Source of the DNA: an uncultured Bacteroidia bacterium
Lineage (GTDB): Bacteria > Bacteroidota > Bacteroidia > NS11-12g > UBA9320
Length of the DNA stretch: 64,000 nucleotides
Assembly: GCA_943787465.1 (NCBI GenBank)
Contig: CALSMN010000007.1
Span: forward strand, 58,004 to 122,003
Direction: 5' to 3'
Shown: positions 40,309 through 50,936 of the stretch, piece after piece
How the letters are laid out: every line of letters begins with the position of its first letter
How positions within the stretch are numbered: position 1 is the stretch's first letter
Program-made: the position numbers and the translations under genes
Notes under the pieces: generated by a model
Told to the model about the DNA's origin: nothing
The model's database searches: none
The model's input: the letters and a program-made list of their open reading frames with translations, nothing else

Positions 40309-41781
40309 TTATTCTATTCTAATAGCATACGCTTCTTCATCTCCATTTTCACGCACACCCTCAATTAAAATTGCACCTGTTTTGTCTTTTAGTGCTTTTC
40401 TAACATCGGAAGTCGAATACATCGGCATCTTATCGATATGAGTAATCACGAACCCTGAAGGAATCCCCTTAGATTTTAATTGCCCATTACCCAATTTTGT
40501 AATTTTCACTCCATGTCTAATTTTGAGTGCTAAGCGCTCATCACGACTTATATTTTCAATCTCCGCTCCTAATACTTTTGTTTCTTCACGATTAACATCA
40601 TTGACAATTTCTTTTTCTCCAGTCTTAGACAAAAGTTCCGCCTCAATGACCTTTTCTTGGTTATCTCTTAAAAGCGTTATACTAACTTTATCGCCAGGGT
40701 GATATTGACTAATTTGTTCTTGTAAGTCTGAAGATTTATTGACAAATACGTCATCAATTTTAAGAATAACATCTCCAGACTTTACTCCAGCCTTATCAGC
40801 ACTTCCTCCATCGGTTACATCCGGAATGAATACCCCATTTAGACTTTTCAACCCTTTTTCATCAGCTAAATCTTGGGTAATATCTTGAATTCGAACCCCT
40901 AGTATAGCTCGTTTGACTTCACCATAATCTTTTAAATCTGTTATAATTTTCTTTGCTAAGTTTATCGGAATTGCAAAAGAATATCCAGAATAAGATCCCG
41001 TTTTAGAGGCTATCGCTGTATTGATACCAATCAACTCTCCGCGGGTGTTGACAAGAGCACCTCCACTATTACCAGGATTAACAGCCGCATCCGTTTGAAT
41101 AAAATTCTCAATGGCATATTCACCTCCTTGCTGACGAAGTAAATTAATATTTCTACCTTTTGCACTTACAATTCCTGCTGTCACAGTGCTCGTAAGATTA
41201 AAAGGGTTGCCGACGGCAACTACCCACTCTCCTATTTTTAGATCATCACTGTTCCCCAAATTCAAATAGGGTAAATTCTCTTCTTCAATTTTGAGTAACG
41301 CCAAATCTGTTTCAGGGTCTACCCCCAAAACTTCAGCGATATATGAACGCTTATCATTCAAAATGACTTCTACCTTATCTGCCGCCTCAACAACATGATT
41401 GTTGGTCACAATGTATCCATCGCTATGAATGACAACACCCGATCCTGAAGCCTCTCTGGGTCCTTGATCTGGCATACCAAATCCCGGTCCAAAAAAATCT
41501 TCAAATGGATTGATTTGACGCATTTGATTAGAACTGCTAATCATGGTTTTGATATGAACCACAGCCGGTGTTGCTACTTCCGACACCAACACAAAATTGC
41601 CACCCAGTGTCGTATCTGCCATTCTTTCAGCTAATGTAAATTTGGCATTTTGATGTAATTCAAAAAATTCTGAGGTCTCATTTGACTTAGGGACAACTAA
41701 TTTATTAAGGCCAAGCGCTACTAAACCTCCGATGATAGCTACCAGTAATAAACTCCCAATTTTTTTAATATTATTATTCAT
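40309..41781 (-). CDS. htrA: Do-family periplasmic serine endopeptidase (HtrA/DegQ) with two PDZ domains
   Basis: The trypsin-like catalytic triad context includes GNSGGAL. Two PDZ-like C-terminal domains are present. There is an N-terminal signal/anchor. Confidence 0.85.
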   Translation of the reverse strand: MNNNIKKIGSLLLVAIIGGLVALGLNKLVVPKSNETSEFFELHQNAKFTLAERMADTTLGGNFVLVSEVATPAVVHIKTMISSSNQMRQINPFEDFFGPGFGMPDQGPREASGSGVVIHSDGYIVTNNHVVEAADKVEVILNDKRSYIAEVLGVDPETDLALLKIEEENLPYLNLGNSDDLKIGEWVVAVGNPFNLTSTVTAGIVSAKGRNINLLRQQGGEYAIENFIQTDAAVNPGNSGGALVNTRGELIGINTAIASKTGSYSGYSFAIPINLAKKIITDLKDYGEVKRAILGVRIQDITQDLADEKGLKSLNGVFIPDVTDGGSADKAGVKSGDVILKIDDVFVNKSSDLQEQISQYHPGDKVSITLLRDNQEKVIEAELLSKTGEKEIVNDVNREETKVLGAEIENISRDERLALKIRHGVKITKLGNGQLKSKGIPSGFVITHIDKMPMYSTSDVRKALKDKTGAILIEGVRENGDEEAYAIRIE

Positions 41782-41985
41782 CTTGATGTATTAAAATTAG
41801 TTAAAGTTATTCAAACCCTTACAAATCTCGTTCCAAATATAGCCAAACTTCGGGTGTCAATTTTTACTAACGATAATTTGTGTAAATTTGCAAAAACTCT
41901 TATTGTTATGATACCAACGTTGTATTACCCTCCCAAAATATTATTCATTTACTTTTTTCGATTAAAACGTATCTATCGTCTATAA

Positions 41986-42549
41986 ATGTTTGGTTTAGGG
42001 AAATATTCGGATGAAACCATTATCCAAAAAATAAAATCAGGAGACGAAAAGATTCTTATTTATCTGTATAAGGATTATTTTAAACTGATCAAAAATTTTA
42101 TTCTAAAAAATAGTGGTGAGGAAGACCAAGTAGATGATATACTTCAAGAAACGATTATTGCCCTTTGGAGGAATGTACAAAAACCTAGCTTCTTACTACA
42201 TTCAAAATTTTCAACCTATGTATTGGCCATTACTAAGAACATTTGGTTTAAAGAACTCAAGAAAAAAAGTAAACTCATTCGAATTGATCATTCTAATCAA
42301 CATTCATTAAAAACGAATACCCCTGAACCTCCTATCGATCAATCCATCATCCTACAGTTGGTGCAAGAAATGGACGAGACCTGTCGCAAACTCCTTTCCT
42401 ATTTTTATTTTGATGGCATGAATAATAACACCATTGCCGAAAAACTAAATTTTGCGAATTCAAATACCGTTAAAAGTAAGAAATACCAGTGTTTTAAAAA
42501 ATTACAACAGCAGGTTCTGAAACACTATGTCAAAGAAGATCTCCTATGA
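41986..42549 (+). CDS. ECF-type RNA polymerase sigma factor
   Basis: Region 2-like LQETIIALWRN and region 4-like LLSYFYFDGMNNNTIAEKL are present. It is followed by an overlapping gene. Confidence 0.7.
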   Translation: MFGLGKYSDETIIQKIKSGDEKILIYLYKDYFKLIKNFILKNSGEEDQVDDILQETIIALWRNVQKPSFLLHSKFSTYVLAITKNIWFKELKKKSKLIRIDHSNQHSLKTNTPEPPIDQSIILQLVQEMDETCRKLLSYFYFDGMNNNTIAEKLNFANSNTVKSKKYQCFKKLQQQVLKHYVKEDLL

Positions 42550-43562
42550 AAATGGATAAAAAGACATATGAATTAATCGATGCCTATTTAGCCGACACGT
42601 TGCAAGGCCAAAAATTGGATGCTTTTAAAGCGGAACTCAAGTCCAATTCCACGCTTCAAGAACAGGTAGCCATTCAAAAAGGTATGATAGACGCTATTCA
42701 GCAAAATAGAAAGCTGGAGTTGAAAAAATACATTTCGGATCATACCTCAAAAACGAACTCCGCGCCTTTGAAGTCTGCCAAATTTAAAACCGCTATAGCT
42801 ATTGCTGCCTCAGTGATATTTATTGTGAGTATTTTCTTTTATTTCAGACCTGACCCCTCCCTCACACAAACTGCACTCCATTTTCCTGATTTAGACACTG
42901 TACCACAGGCCCATTCAACTCCCCATACAGCCATCGAAATAGAAGATAAAGAAACCAGCCGTTCAAATCAAAGATCACCAAAAGACACCCAACGTATTGC
43001 TGCCCAATTTGATCTTAAAGAGAAAAGTATAGATCCTATCATCGTGGAGGATGAAGAAATTGAAACTGACCTCATGGAAATTAATGATGTCGAAGATATC
43101 GATCTAGAAAGTCCTGAATCAGAAGAAATCTCTACTCAAGAAATTCAAATAGCAAGTGATCAACTTATAGCTTCCCGCCAAATCAATGTCACATCTTTTC
43201 TTGAACTGAATCAAGAAAACAATTTATCTGAAAACGAAAAACGCCTCAAATTCAAAAAACGAAATGCCGATGACCAAGCTCTTGGTAAAACTGCATCCAA
43301 AGAAGATGCTGAAGTAAAAACTAAAGCACCCATAACGATAGAACATTGGGAAAGTGTCGTGAAATTTACCGGATATCATTTTGATGGGAAAAAACTAAAA
43401 TTATTTGGCATCCCCAAAGAGACACCTCTTCAAATCATTGAATTAGAAGATCGGATCTATCTAAAAAAAGAGGGTTATTTTTATGCGTTAACTTTACATT
43501 CAAATAATCGTTTTATTGCCGAAACCAACACCATTTTATTAGACCTCCTCCATGAATACTAA
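42546..43562 (+). CDS. putative anti-sigma factor / membrane protein with acidic periplasmic region
   Basis: Overlaps the sigma stop by 4 bp. It has a single TM helix AIAIAASVIFIVSIFFYF and a strongly acidic D/E-rich segment. Confidence 0.4.
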   Translation: MKMDKKTYELIDAYLADTLQGQKLDAFKAELKSNSTLQEQVAIQKGMIDAIQQNRKLELKKYISDHTSKTNSAPLKSAKFKTAIAIAASVIFIVSIFFYFRPDPSLTQTALHFPDLDTVPQAHSTPHTAIEIEDKETSRSNQRSPKDTQRIAAQFDLKEKSIDPIIVEDEEIETDLMEINDVEDIDLESPESEEISTQEIQIASDQLIASRQINVTSFLELNQENNLSENEKRLKFKKRNADDQALGKTASKEDAEVKTKAPITIEHWESVVKFTGYHFDGKKLKLFGIPKETPLQIIELEDRIYLKKEGYFYALTLHSNNRFIAETNTILLDLLHEY

Positions 43563-44346
43563 ACCCATTACATTTCACAAATACCAAGGCACCGGCAATG
43601 ATTTTATTATCATTGATGCATGGAGTCAGATATCCACCGAACAAATCAAAAAATGGTGTGATCGTAAATTTGGTATTGGGGCTGATGGACTAATCCTCAT
43701 TAAAAAATCCGACACCTATGATTTTGAGATGATGTATTATAACGCAGACGGATCGGAGAGCTTCTGCGGCAATGGCAGTCGATGTGCTGTGAAGCATGCC
43801 CATTATCTGGGATGGATCACCGATACATGCACCTTTCTATCCAACGATGGGACACACACGGCCCAAGTGGATGGGGATATGATCCAATTATCCATGCACG
43901 ATGTAGACTTTATTGTAGTTGAAGATGCGGGTTATATTTTAAACACAGGCTCGCCTCATTACATTGCCTATACCGAAGACTTAGACCATTTAGACTTACT
44001 ATCTGCAGCCCATGCCATCCGCTATAGTAACCCGTTTAAGGAGGAGGGCATAAATGTAAATTATCTGGAATCTCGCAACGGTATATTGTATATCAGAACC
44101 TATGAACGCGGGGTAGAAGATGAGACCCTAAGTTGCGGAACGGGGGTTACCGCTGCGGCTATAGCCCACTATTTGGAACAAGAAAGCACGCAAAAAAAAT
44201 ATGTACAAAAGGTACATACCTTAGGCGGACCACTTACCGTACGATTTGAAAAAAAACCAAAAAGTTTTGAAAACATTACCCTTCATGGACCAGCTGAACG
44301 TGTTTTTGAAGGAAAAATACCCGCGGATGAAATCGAGATGAATTGA
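43552..44346 (+). CDS. dapF: diaminopimelate epimerase
   Basis: FHKYQGTGNDFIIID is the canonical DapF N-terminus. The second catalytic Cys context is SCGTG. Confidence 0.9.
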   Translation: MNTKPITFHKYQGTGNDFIIIDAWSQISTEQIKKWCDRKFGIGADGLILIKKSDTYDFEMMYYNADGSESFCGNGSRCAVKHAHYLGWITDTCTFLSNDGTHTAQVDGDMIQLSMHDVDFIVVEDAGYILNTGSPHYIAYTEDLDHLDLLSAAHAIRYSNPFKEEGINVNYLESRNGILYIRTYERGVEDETLSCGTGVTAAAIAHYLEQESTQKKYVQKVHTLGGPLTVRFEKKPKSFENITLHGPAERVFEGKIPADEIEMN

Positions 44347-44570
44347 ATCCATTATATTTTAGCAGCACTATATGGAAGCAGGCCAATCAAGCAATTCCTT
44401 TGTGAAAACATTTAGCCGCCTCGACTACCTTCGGGGCATTTTTTTTACCCCTCTTTTTATTTCCAAATTCAAGCTTCGAATAGACCGTAAAAAAATGAAT
44501 CCATAACCTGACAAAATATGATTTTCGTCATACTTGGATATGATTTTTTAACAAAAAATGAAAAGAAAGT

Positions 44571-45614
44571 CTACTTCAGGTTGACATCCAACGCATCGCG
44601 TATAGCGTTGCCCAAAAAATTGAAACTCATCACCAGTAACATGATACACAATCCCGGAATGATGGCTAGATATGCCGCATCAAATACAATGTAATTGTAA
44701 TGCTCTTTTATCATACTCCCCCAACTGGGCATGGGAGCCTGCACTCCTAATCCTAAAAAACTTAAACCAGCCTCAAGTAAGATGGCACTGGCAAAATTGG
44801 CGGCACATACTACAATGATTGGGGCTGTAATATTGGGCAAAATATGCTTAAACAAAATCCTAAAATTACCAAATCCCAACACCTTGGCAGCCTGAATGTA
44901 TTCCATTTCTTTGACTTGCAATACTTGACCCCTGACCACACGAGCTAGCTCCACCCACATGCTCAATCCAATAGCCAAAAAAACTTGATAGATTCCCTTT
45001 TCTTGAAATGCAAAACTGATGGCAATGGCTATGAGTAAACTGGGTAAACTCCATACTACATTAACTAGCCAAAGAATAACTTGATCTACCCAGCCTCCAT
45101 AAAATCCACTTAAAAGTCCAAGCAACGTACCAATACAAAAAGTAATTAAAACCGCCATGAATCCCACCAATAATGAAACTCGTGAACCAATGATGATTCT
45201 ACTTAATACATCCCTGCCATAGCGATCGGTCCCAAACCAAAATGTTCGGGATTCTAAGGACGTGTGTGTAATCGGTTTTCCGAGTTGTTGCCATAAAACG
45301 ATCCCATTTTTGTTGAATACAGCAAAGCTATCTTTACCTGCAATATGCGAAACTGGAACACGTGTGCTTGGAGAGGGTTTCCCATACATCCAATAACTCA
45401 ATCCTGATACAGGGGGCTGATTATTTAATTCATCGGTGTTTAAAAATAAAACGGAAAAACCTGGTTTTTGAAGGGCAATTTCTACATGAATTTCATTGGC
45501 ACTGGGTGATGAATCTGGGGCTATGAAGTAACCCAACAAAGAAATCAATGCAAGCAGTACAATAAATATGAGACCTGCAAAACCCAGTTTATTCTTGATG
45601 ATCTTCTTCCACAT
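44571..45614 (-). CDS. ABC transporter permease (OppC/DppC-like), orphan
   Basis: 347 aa with six TM helices. The EAA-type loop region is LEAGLSFLGLG. No ATPase or binding-protein gene is adjacent. Confidence 0.7.
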   Translation of the reverse strand: MWKKIIKNKLGFAGLIFIVLLALISLLGYFIAPDSSPSANEIHVEIALQKPGFSVLFLNTDELNNQPPVSGLSYWMYGKPSPSTRVPVSHIAGKDSFAVFNKNGIVLWQQLGKPITHTSLESRTFWFGTDRYGRDVLSRIIIGSRVSLLVGFMAVLITFCIGTLLGLLSGFYGGWVDQVILWLVNVVWSLPSLLIAIAISFAFQEKGIYQVFLAIGLSMWVELARVVRGQVLQVKEMEYIQAAKVLGFGNFRILFKHILPNITAPIIVVCAANFASAILLEAGLSFLGLGVQAPMPSWGSMIKEHYNYIVFDAAYLAIIPGLCIMLLVMSFNFLGNAIRDALDVNLK

Positions 45615-47031
45615 GTTTTCGATTCATCTCAAGGGCTGTGAGTATAGCCATGAAACTATACAATGGTACAGCAATTTTGTCAAATTCGGAATAGTTATTG
45701 AGAAGTCCGTGCACAAAATAGGTTGTCAAACCTAGGAAGGCAGACAAACTTAAGACTTTAGCACTTCCTGTGAGCAGACGTTGGTGTTTGAATCCTAAAC
45801 TGATCACATAAATGACTATACTGAGATACAATAATACTCCAGGTATACCACTTTCGGATAATGGTCGCAAATACTCGGAGTGAACTCCACCTAAGGTCCC
45901 TGCATTGGTGCTTATGATGGTCATTTGGTGTGGTAATTGAAACTGACCATAGTTGAAGGTATACGTCCCTGGCCCCCAACCTGTAATGGGTTTTTGTTTG
46001 ACCATTTGTACGGCACAACTCCAGCGGTTTATACGTTCCAAATTAGATGGATCAGAAGATACATTGCCCACAGATTGTAGATGGTTTTCTATGTTGTCAT
46101 CGGATTCTTTTTTATTTCTAGAGAGATCTGTCTGAATATCTACTAAATTTTGGGCTAAAAATCCGACCATCAATCCCCCTAAAATCAGTAAATAATGAAA
46201 CCGTATTTTGAGTACTAATGCGATATAAATGATCAGACTCACAGCGATACTTACCCAAGAAGCTCGGGTAAATGATAAAGCAACTGCGACTAATAAATAA
46301 ACAAACAATGCTCCACAAATGACACGTAAAAACGGTGAGTAATTGATTCGTTTTCCCTGAATAGTAAACACCAAAAGTACGGGAATCACAAACGATATAC
46401 AGGCTGCATACATTCCATGATCCGGAAGAAAAGGTCGCATGGCCGTGTAAGAGGCTGCACGTCCAAAACCCTCTTGTGCATGTTGCCACAGGGTGTATCC
46501 TACCAATATACAAACGGCGGTAATAAAGCTCCATAAAAAATGCTTGATGATTTTTTCTTGCTGAAAATATCGACTCAACAAAAAATAAAAAACAACGATA
46601 TACCAACTTTTCATGAGCAGATACTTGCCCGAAATGACGGGCATAGAACTGGTGAGTGTGGTAATGAATAACCACGAAAAGTCCACCAATAAAAGAATAC
46701 TTAATATCGTTCCCATCGCTTTCCAAGGCAACTTTTTTGCTTGAAAAAACTTAAGCAATACACCTAAAAATAGGATGATAATAATGGGCTCTGTTGGTAT
46801 ACTTAGATTGATTGTGCTGTATCGCTCATCGATAAGATGTACAGAAAGTGGTGTGGCAAAAGCTAAGAAATAGAGTATATAACGCGGTTTTTGAATGGTG
46901 ATCCATAGCAATAAAAGAGCAAATGGAAGAAGTAAAAAATAATAAAATTGGAGCATAACAGCTACAAGACAAAGCGAAAGAAAACTTCCTGCTAGTACAT
47001 ACAGGCGAGTTATATCTGACCAAGGCCTCAT
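45589..47031 (-). CDS. O-antigen ligase / polymerase family protein (Wzy_C domain)
   Basis: Polytopic membrane protein with the Wzy_C motif HSEYLRPLSESGIPG. Confidence 0.7.
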   Translation of the reverse strand: MRPWSDITRLYVLAGSFLSLCLVAVMLQFYYFLLLPFALLLLWITIQKPRYILYFLAFATPLSVHLIDERYSTINLSIPTEPIIIILFLGVLLKFFQAKKLPWKAMGTILSILLLVDFSWLFITTLTSSMPVISGKYLLMKSWYIVVFYFLLSRYFQQEKIIKHFLWSFITAVCILVGYTLWQHAQEGFGRAASYTAMRPFLPDHGMYAACISFVIPVLLVFTIQGKRINYSPFLRVICGALFVYLLVAVALSFTRASWVSIAVSLIIYIALVLKIRFHYLLILGGLMVGFLAQNLVDIQTDLSRNKKESDDNIENHLQSVGNVSSDPSNLERINRWSCAVQMVKQKPITGWGPGTYTFNYGQFQLPHQMTIISTNAGTLGGVHSEYLRPLSESGIPGVLLYLSIVIYVISLGFKHQRLLTGSAKVLSLSAFLGLTTYFVHGLLNNYSEFDKIAVPLYSFMAILTALEMNRKHVEEDHQE

Positions 47032-48051
47032 CTACTTTTTCAGCGAATTCTTTTGGTTATTGAAAACCAATACAATAACACTAAAAAACATCACTACTGC
47101 CGTTACACCCAAAACAATTAACCAACGTATGGGGTATGATTTTTTTTCAGCAGGTGTAGCACTGGTTAAAATAAATTTTTGAGGCAATGTTTTTTCAACA
47201 TCAACGGTGGCTTTTTCAAATCGTTTTCTCAATTTACTTAAGCTTTCTAATTCAAGAATTAATGTTTCATTGAGATACGTAAATTCACCTGCATATTTCG
47301 CCAACTCGTCTTGTTGGGCTTGTAACACTTTTACCTTGGCAGGAGTCACTGCTTTATAAAGCTCTTCCGAAATCGCTCTACTCTGTTCTTCATAGTTGGT
47401 GATTCCTTTTTGTCCCAATTCTTTTAGACGGGTTCGGAGATCCCATACCTCTGCCTCTTTATTTTTGAATTCGTCTTCGACAATTTTGAGTGCTTCTAGG
47501 GATACTTGTTTTTGTATTTCAGTCTTAACGGAGTCGTACAATACCGCAATTCCATTGGCTATTTCTGCAGATTTTATGGGATCCTCATCCAGTACAGTGA
47601 TGTTGACAGCCAAATGTTTTGTTCTACTAAAACGAATATTTTTATTCATTTCTTTGGCCAAATCTGTTTGAGGACTACCCCCATCATTATTGATTCTGTA
47701 ATGATTCATTAAATCAAAATTTCGAACAATTCTCCCTTGCAAAGCCGAAGAATTTAAAAGCTGTAAAGCGTTTTCTGCTTCTTCTTCTTCTCCAAATGCT
47801 AATGGGTCAGACTGACGTTGAGTCAAATCTGTAAACATGGCATTTCCAATCGAATTGATGGTAGTCGGGTAAAAGATAACTTCCGATTTATATTTAGGCT
47901 TTATAAAAAACGGACTGGAAAAAACAGCCGATAATACTATGGATATGATACCAATTAAGACTAAACGTGTTCTATTCAACCAGATTAAGGATACAATATC
48001 TACGAAATTGAATTCAAATTCTTTGTTTTGTTTCATTATTTTTTTTGGCAC
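47032..48051 (-). CDS. polysaccharide chain-length determinant (Wzz-family) protein
   Basis: An N-terminal TM helix follows the motif KQNKEFEFNFVDIVSLIWLNR. A periplasmic coiled coil and a C-terminal TM helix are present. Confidence 0.6.
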   Translation of the reverse strand: MPKKIMKQNKEFEFNFVDIVSLIWLNRTRLVLIGIISIVLSAVFSSPFFIKPKYKSEVIFYPTTINSIGNAMFTDLTQRQSDPLAFGEEEEAENALQLLNSSALQGRIVRNFDLMNHYRINNDGGSPQTDLAKEMNKNIRFSRTKHLAVNITVLDEDPIKSAEIANGIAVLYDSVKTEIQKQVSLEALKIVEDEFKNKEAEVWDLRTRLKELGQKGITNYEEQSRAISEELYKAVTPAKVKVLQAQQDELAKYAGEFTYLNETLILELESLSKLRKRFEKATVDVEKTLPQKFILTSATPAEKKSYPIRWLIVLGVTAVVMFFSVIVLVFNNQKNSLKK

Positions 48052-48094
48052 TGCAAAGGTATATTTTTAATAAACATCCCTATAATTTGTTTCG

Positions 48095-49516
48095 TTAAGT
48101 GGGTATATTTTTGACATGAAATAGCTTAAAAACATAAGCGACTAGACCTACTATGCCCAAAATTAACAGAGAATGAACGAAAGGACTTGGTATATATTGT
48201 TTTAAAGTAACTATACTCATAAACAAAAAAATAACACTACTACTTAACCTCCAGATGTCTGACCATACCCAGCTTAACTTAAATTTACGATAACTAATCA
48301 TAAAACAAATGCTTCCGAATAAAAGTTGACTGATAAAAGTAGCTATAGCAGCACCACTAGGACCATAAACTGGAATCAACTGAGTATTCAGGATTACATT
48401 AACGAGTAGGGTAAAAAAAGCAGCAATATTCAAATATTTTAATTCTAAGGCAGCAGTTAAAAGTGTACCGTATACAAGAATTAATACTGACCCAATAAAA
48501 CCAATCATGAGTAATGAAAAGGTTCGTGAATTTTCAGCATTATACTTCATTGGATATAACATCTTGATAATCTCATCACTGTATGAAAAACTAACAAAAA
48601 CTGCTGTTAAGGCTACCAGTAATAAAAATTTGACTGTATAGGTACTGATTTCTTTAATTATCGAAGTGTTCGCTATATTTTTACTAAATAAAGGTAACAA
48701 TACCCCGCTGAAGATTTGAGCAAACATGAGTAATGCATAAAACAAACGGTAGCCCAAGGCATAACTCCCAGCCGCTTCATTACCAACCAATAATTTTAGC
48801 ATCACACTATCTACATAATTGTATAAACCCATTAGGGTAATCAAAAGGGCAAATGGCCATGACTTGTAAAAAATAGGCATAAGCTTTTTTAGATTAAATG
48901 AAATCTTTATTTCTGTGAGGTGATTGAATAAAAATAGTATCAGTAAACACAAAACAACACTAACTCCTATCAGTTGAGCATAGATAAATCGATGAATAGT
49001 TAGGCTCCATTGATCCAATTGACCCCAAATTAAAACTGAGCAAAGTCCAATTATTATGATCCTGTCTAGGACCATAAAAACGCCATCCCACTTAAATTTT
49101 TGCAAACTGGCTACTATACTTCTCAGGTATTGGTTGAATGAAGTTATAATCTGCAAAACACATAAAATGAGTAAAATTTGAAATTCAATATGGGTATACC
49201 CTAAAATACTCCCAACTCCTAATGCGGCTAATACATATACGATCATTAGAATTAGTTTTAATCCAATTATATGTCCTGCCACAGAGACAATTTTCTGTGT
49301 ATCTCTCGAAATTTCTGTGGTGTTATAGCTATTCAAGCCCAAATCTAGAATGATAAAAAACATCAAGCTAAAATTGTATAACGCAAAATAATTACCATAG
49401 ACCTCCTGGGGTAGTGCATTTTGAACAGCTCTGTCAATCACAAGAATCCATATCGGCTTAACAAGTAAATTAATTACTTGCATAAATGCGATATCAGAGA
49501 TATACTTTCTCAACAT
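48095..49516 (-). CDS. oligosaccharide flippase (Wzx, MOP superfamily)
   Basis: 473 aa with about 12-14 TM helices, typical of a polysaccharide biosynthesis protein. Confidence 0.7.
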   Translation of the reverse strand: MLRKYISDIAFMQVINLLVKPIWILVIDRAVQNALPQEVYGNYFALYNFSLMFFIILDLGLNSYNTTEISRDTQKIVSVAGHIIGLKLILMIVYVLAALGVGSILGYTHIEFQILLILCVLQIITSFNQYLRSIVASLQKFKWDGVFMVLDRIIIIGLCSVLIWGQLDQWSLTIHRFIYAQLIGVSVVLCLLILFLFNHLTEIKISFNLKKLMPIFYKSWPFALLITLMGLYNYVDSVMLKLLVGNEAAGSYALGYRLFYALLMFAQIFSGVLLPLFSKNIANTSIIKEISTYTVKFLLLVALTAVFVSFSYSDEIIKMLYPMKYNAENSRTFSLLMIGFIGSVLILVYGTLLTAALELKYLNIAAFFTLLVNVILNTQLIPVYGPSGAAIATFISQLLFGSICFMISYRKFKLSWVWSDIWRLSSSVIFLFMSIVTLKQYIPSPFVHSLLILGIVGLVAYVFKLFHVKNIPT

Positions 49517-50877
49517 ACCTCACTTTCCTGAATATTTGATTTATTTTCAGATTGAAGTGTCATGTACAACAGTATAAGACCAATAATAAAAAAAACCATT
49601 ACCATCAGTACAGATACCCTCATATTCCCAAAAACTCCTTCTAAAAATCCAAAAAGAAAGGGACCAAATATTAGTCCAACTTTTTCCATCACATCATAAA
49701 AACTAAAATAGGATGCTGTATCGTCTGTTGGTGGGAGCATTTTACTATATGTTGACCTACTGAGTGATTGAGTCCCACCCATTACAAAACCAACTAATAT
49801 AGCAAGAAAATAAAACTCTAGAGGCAAATGAATGAAATAGGCTATGATGGTACATATGATCCATATAAGAATGGAGATCATTAGGGTTTTGATATTGCCT
49901 AGTTTCCTTGAAATATTGGATAAAACATAGGCCCCAGAAACTGCAATTAACTGTATAAGAATAATACTAACAATCAGTCCTATTTTATCCGATTCCCACC
50001 AGGCACCGTTTTCTATCCAATCTATTTCTTTTCCTGCAAAGAGAACAGCCAAAAGCATGACCGTTTGTACACCCATATTGTATACAAAATAACTAGCAAG
50101 GAACCACTGCACTCTCCTATGTTTTTTTAAATCATTCCATACTTTTCGCAATTCTCTATATCCATACCAAATAATATTTCGTTGTTTTTCTCTTGTTACA
50201 TAGTGAGATGAATTAGGGAGATAATAATATGTATATTGAGCAAATCCAATCCACCAAACTCCTACAAGAATAAAAGCATATTTGATAGGCATCACATTAA
50301 AAACTTGGGATAAAGCTAAGATGGTGATTAAAAGTAAAACACTCCCAATATATCCTAGAGCAAATCCCTTCGCACTGATTTGATCATGCTTTTCTTTATC
50401 GGCAATCTCTAATAAAAAGGAATTATAAAAAACAAGACTTCCCCAAAAACCAATACTTGCCAAGAATAAGGGTAGCATACTTAACTCTAGATTAGTTACA
50501 TCAAAAAAGAATAACGCGATACATCCAGAGGCACCCAAATAACAGAAGAATTGCATAAACCGCTTTTTAGTTCCAGTATAGTCGGCAATACCCGATAAAA
50601 TTGGAACCATCAGTACTACAAGTAGAAAAGACAATGAATAGATGTATGAATATAACTCTGTATTCACAAATTCGAATCCAAAAAAACGAACCATATCTAC
50701 AGACTCACCATTAATTGTACGAACCAAACCATTGGACGCGGCATAGTCTTTTGTGACTTTTTGATAAAAAATTGGGAATATGGCCGTTGAAATTATTAAA
50801 TTATAAACTGAATTGGCCCAATCATAAAACGTCCATGCTCGGATTACTTTAGGATCATTTTTTTTAAATACTCTCAA
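49510..50877 (-). CDS. MFS transporter (UMF1/Atg22-like)
   Basis: 455 aa with 12 TM helices. Confidence 0.65.
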   Translation of the reverse strand: MRVFKKNDPKVIRAWTFYDWANSVYNLIISTAIFPIFYQKVTKDYAASNGLVRTINGESVDMVRFFGFEFVNTELYSYIYSLSFLLVVLMVPILSGIADYTGTKKRFMQFFCYLGASGCIALFFFDVTNLELSMLPLFLASIGFWGSLVFYNSFLLEIADKEKHDQISAKGFALGYIGSVLLLITILALSQVFNVMPIKYAFILVGVWWIGFAQYTYYYLPNSSHYVTREKQRNIIWYGYRELRKVWNDLKKHRRVQWFLASYFVYNMGVQTVMLLAVLFAGKEIDWIENGAWWESDKIGLIVSIILIQLIAVSGAYVLSNISRKLGNIKTLMISILIWIICTIIAYFIHLPLEFYFLAILVGFVMGGTQSLSRSTYSKMLPPTDDTASYFSFYDVMEKVGLIFGPFLFGFLEGVFGNMRVSVLMVMVFFIIGLILLYMTLQSENKSNIQESEVC

Positions 50878-50936
50878 AATGTAGTTTGTTCAAAGCAAAT
50901 AAAAAAAAATTAGAGTACGTTAACTTAGTTATACAC

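Noticed and set aside
44554-44580. 8-codon micro-ORF (MKRKSTSG) after the repeated motif
   Set aside because: It is too short, has no RBS or promoter context, and is most likely chance.
46118-46726. 202-aa ORF inside the O-antigen-ligase gene (other frame)
   Set aside because: It overlaps a confidently assigned membrane-protein gene and has no recognisable domain.
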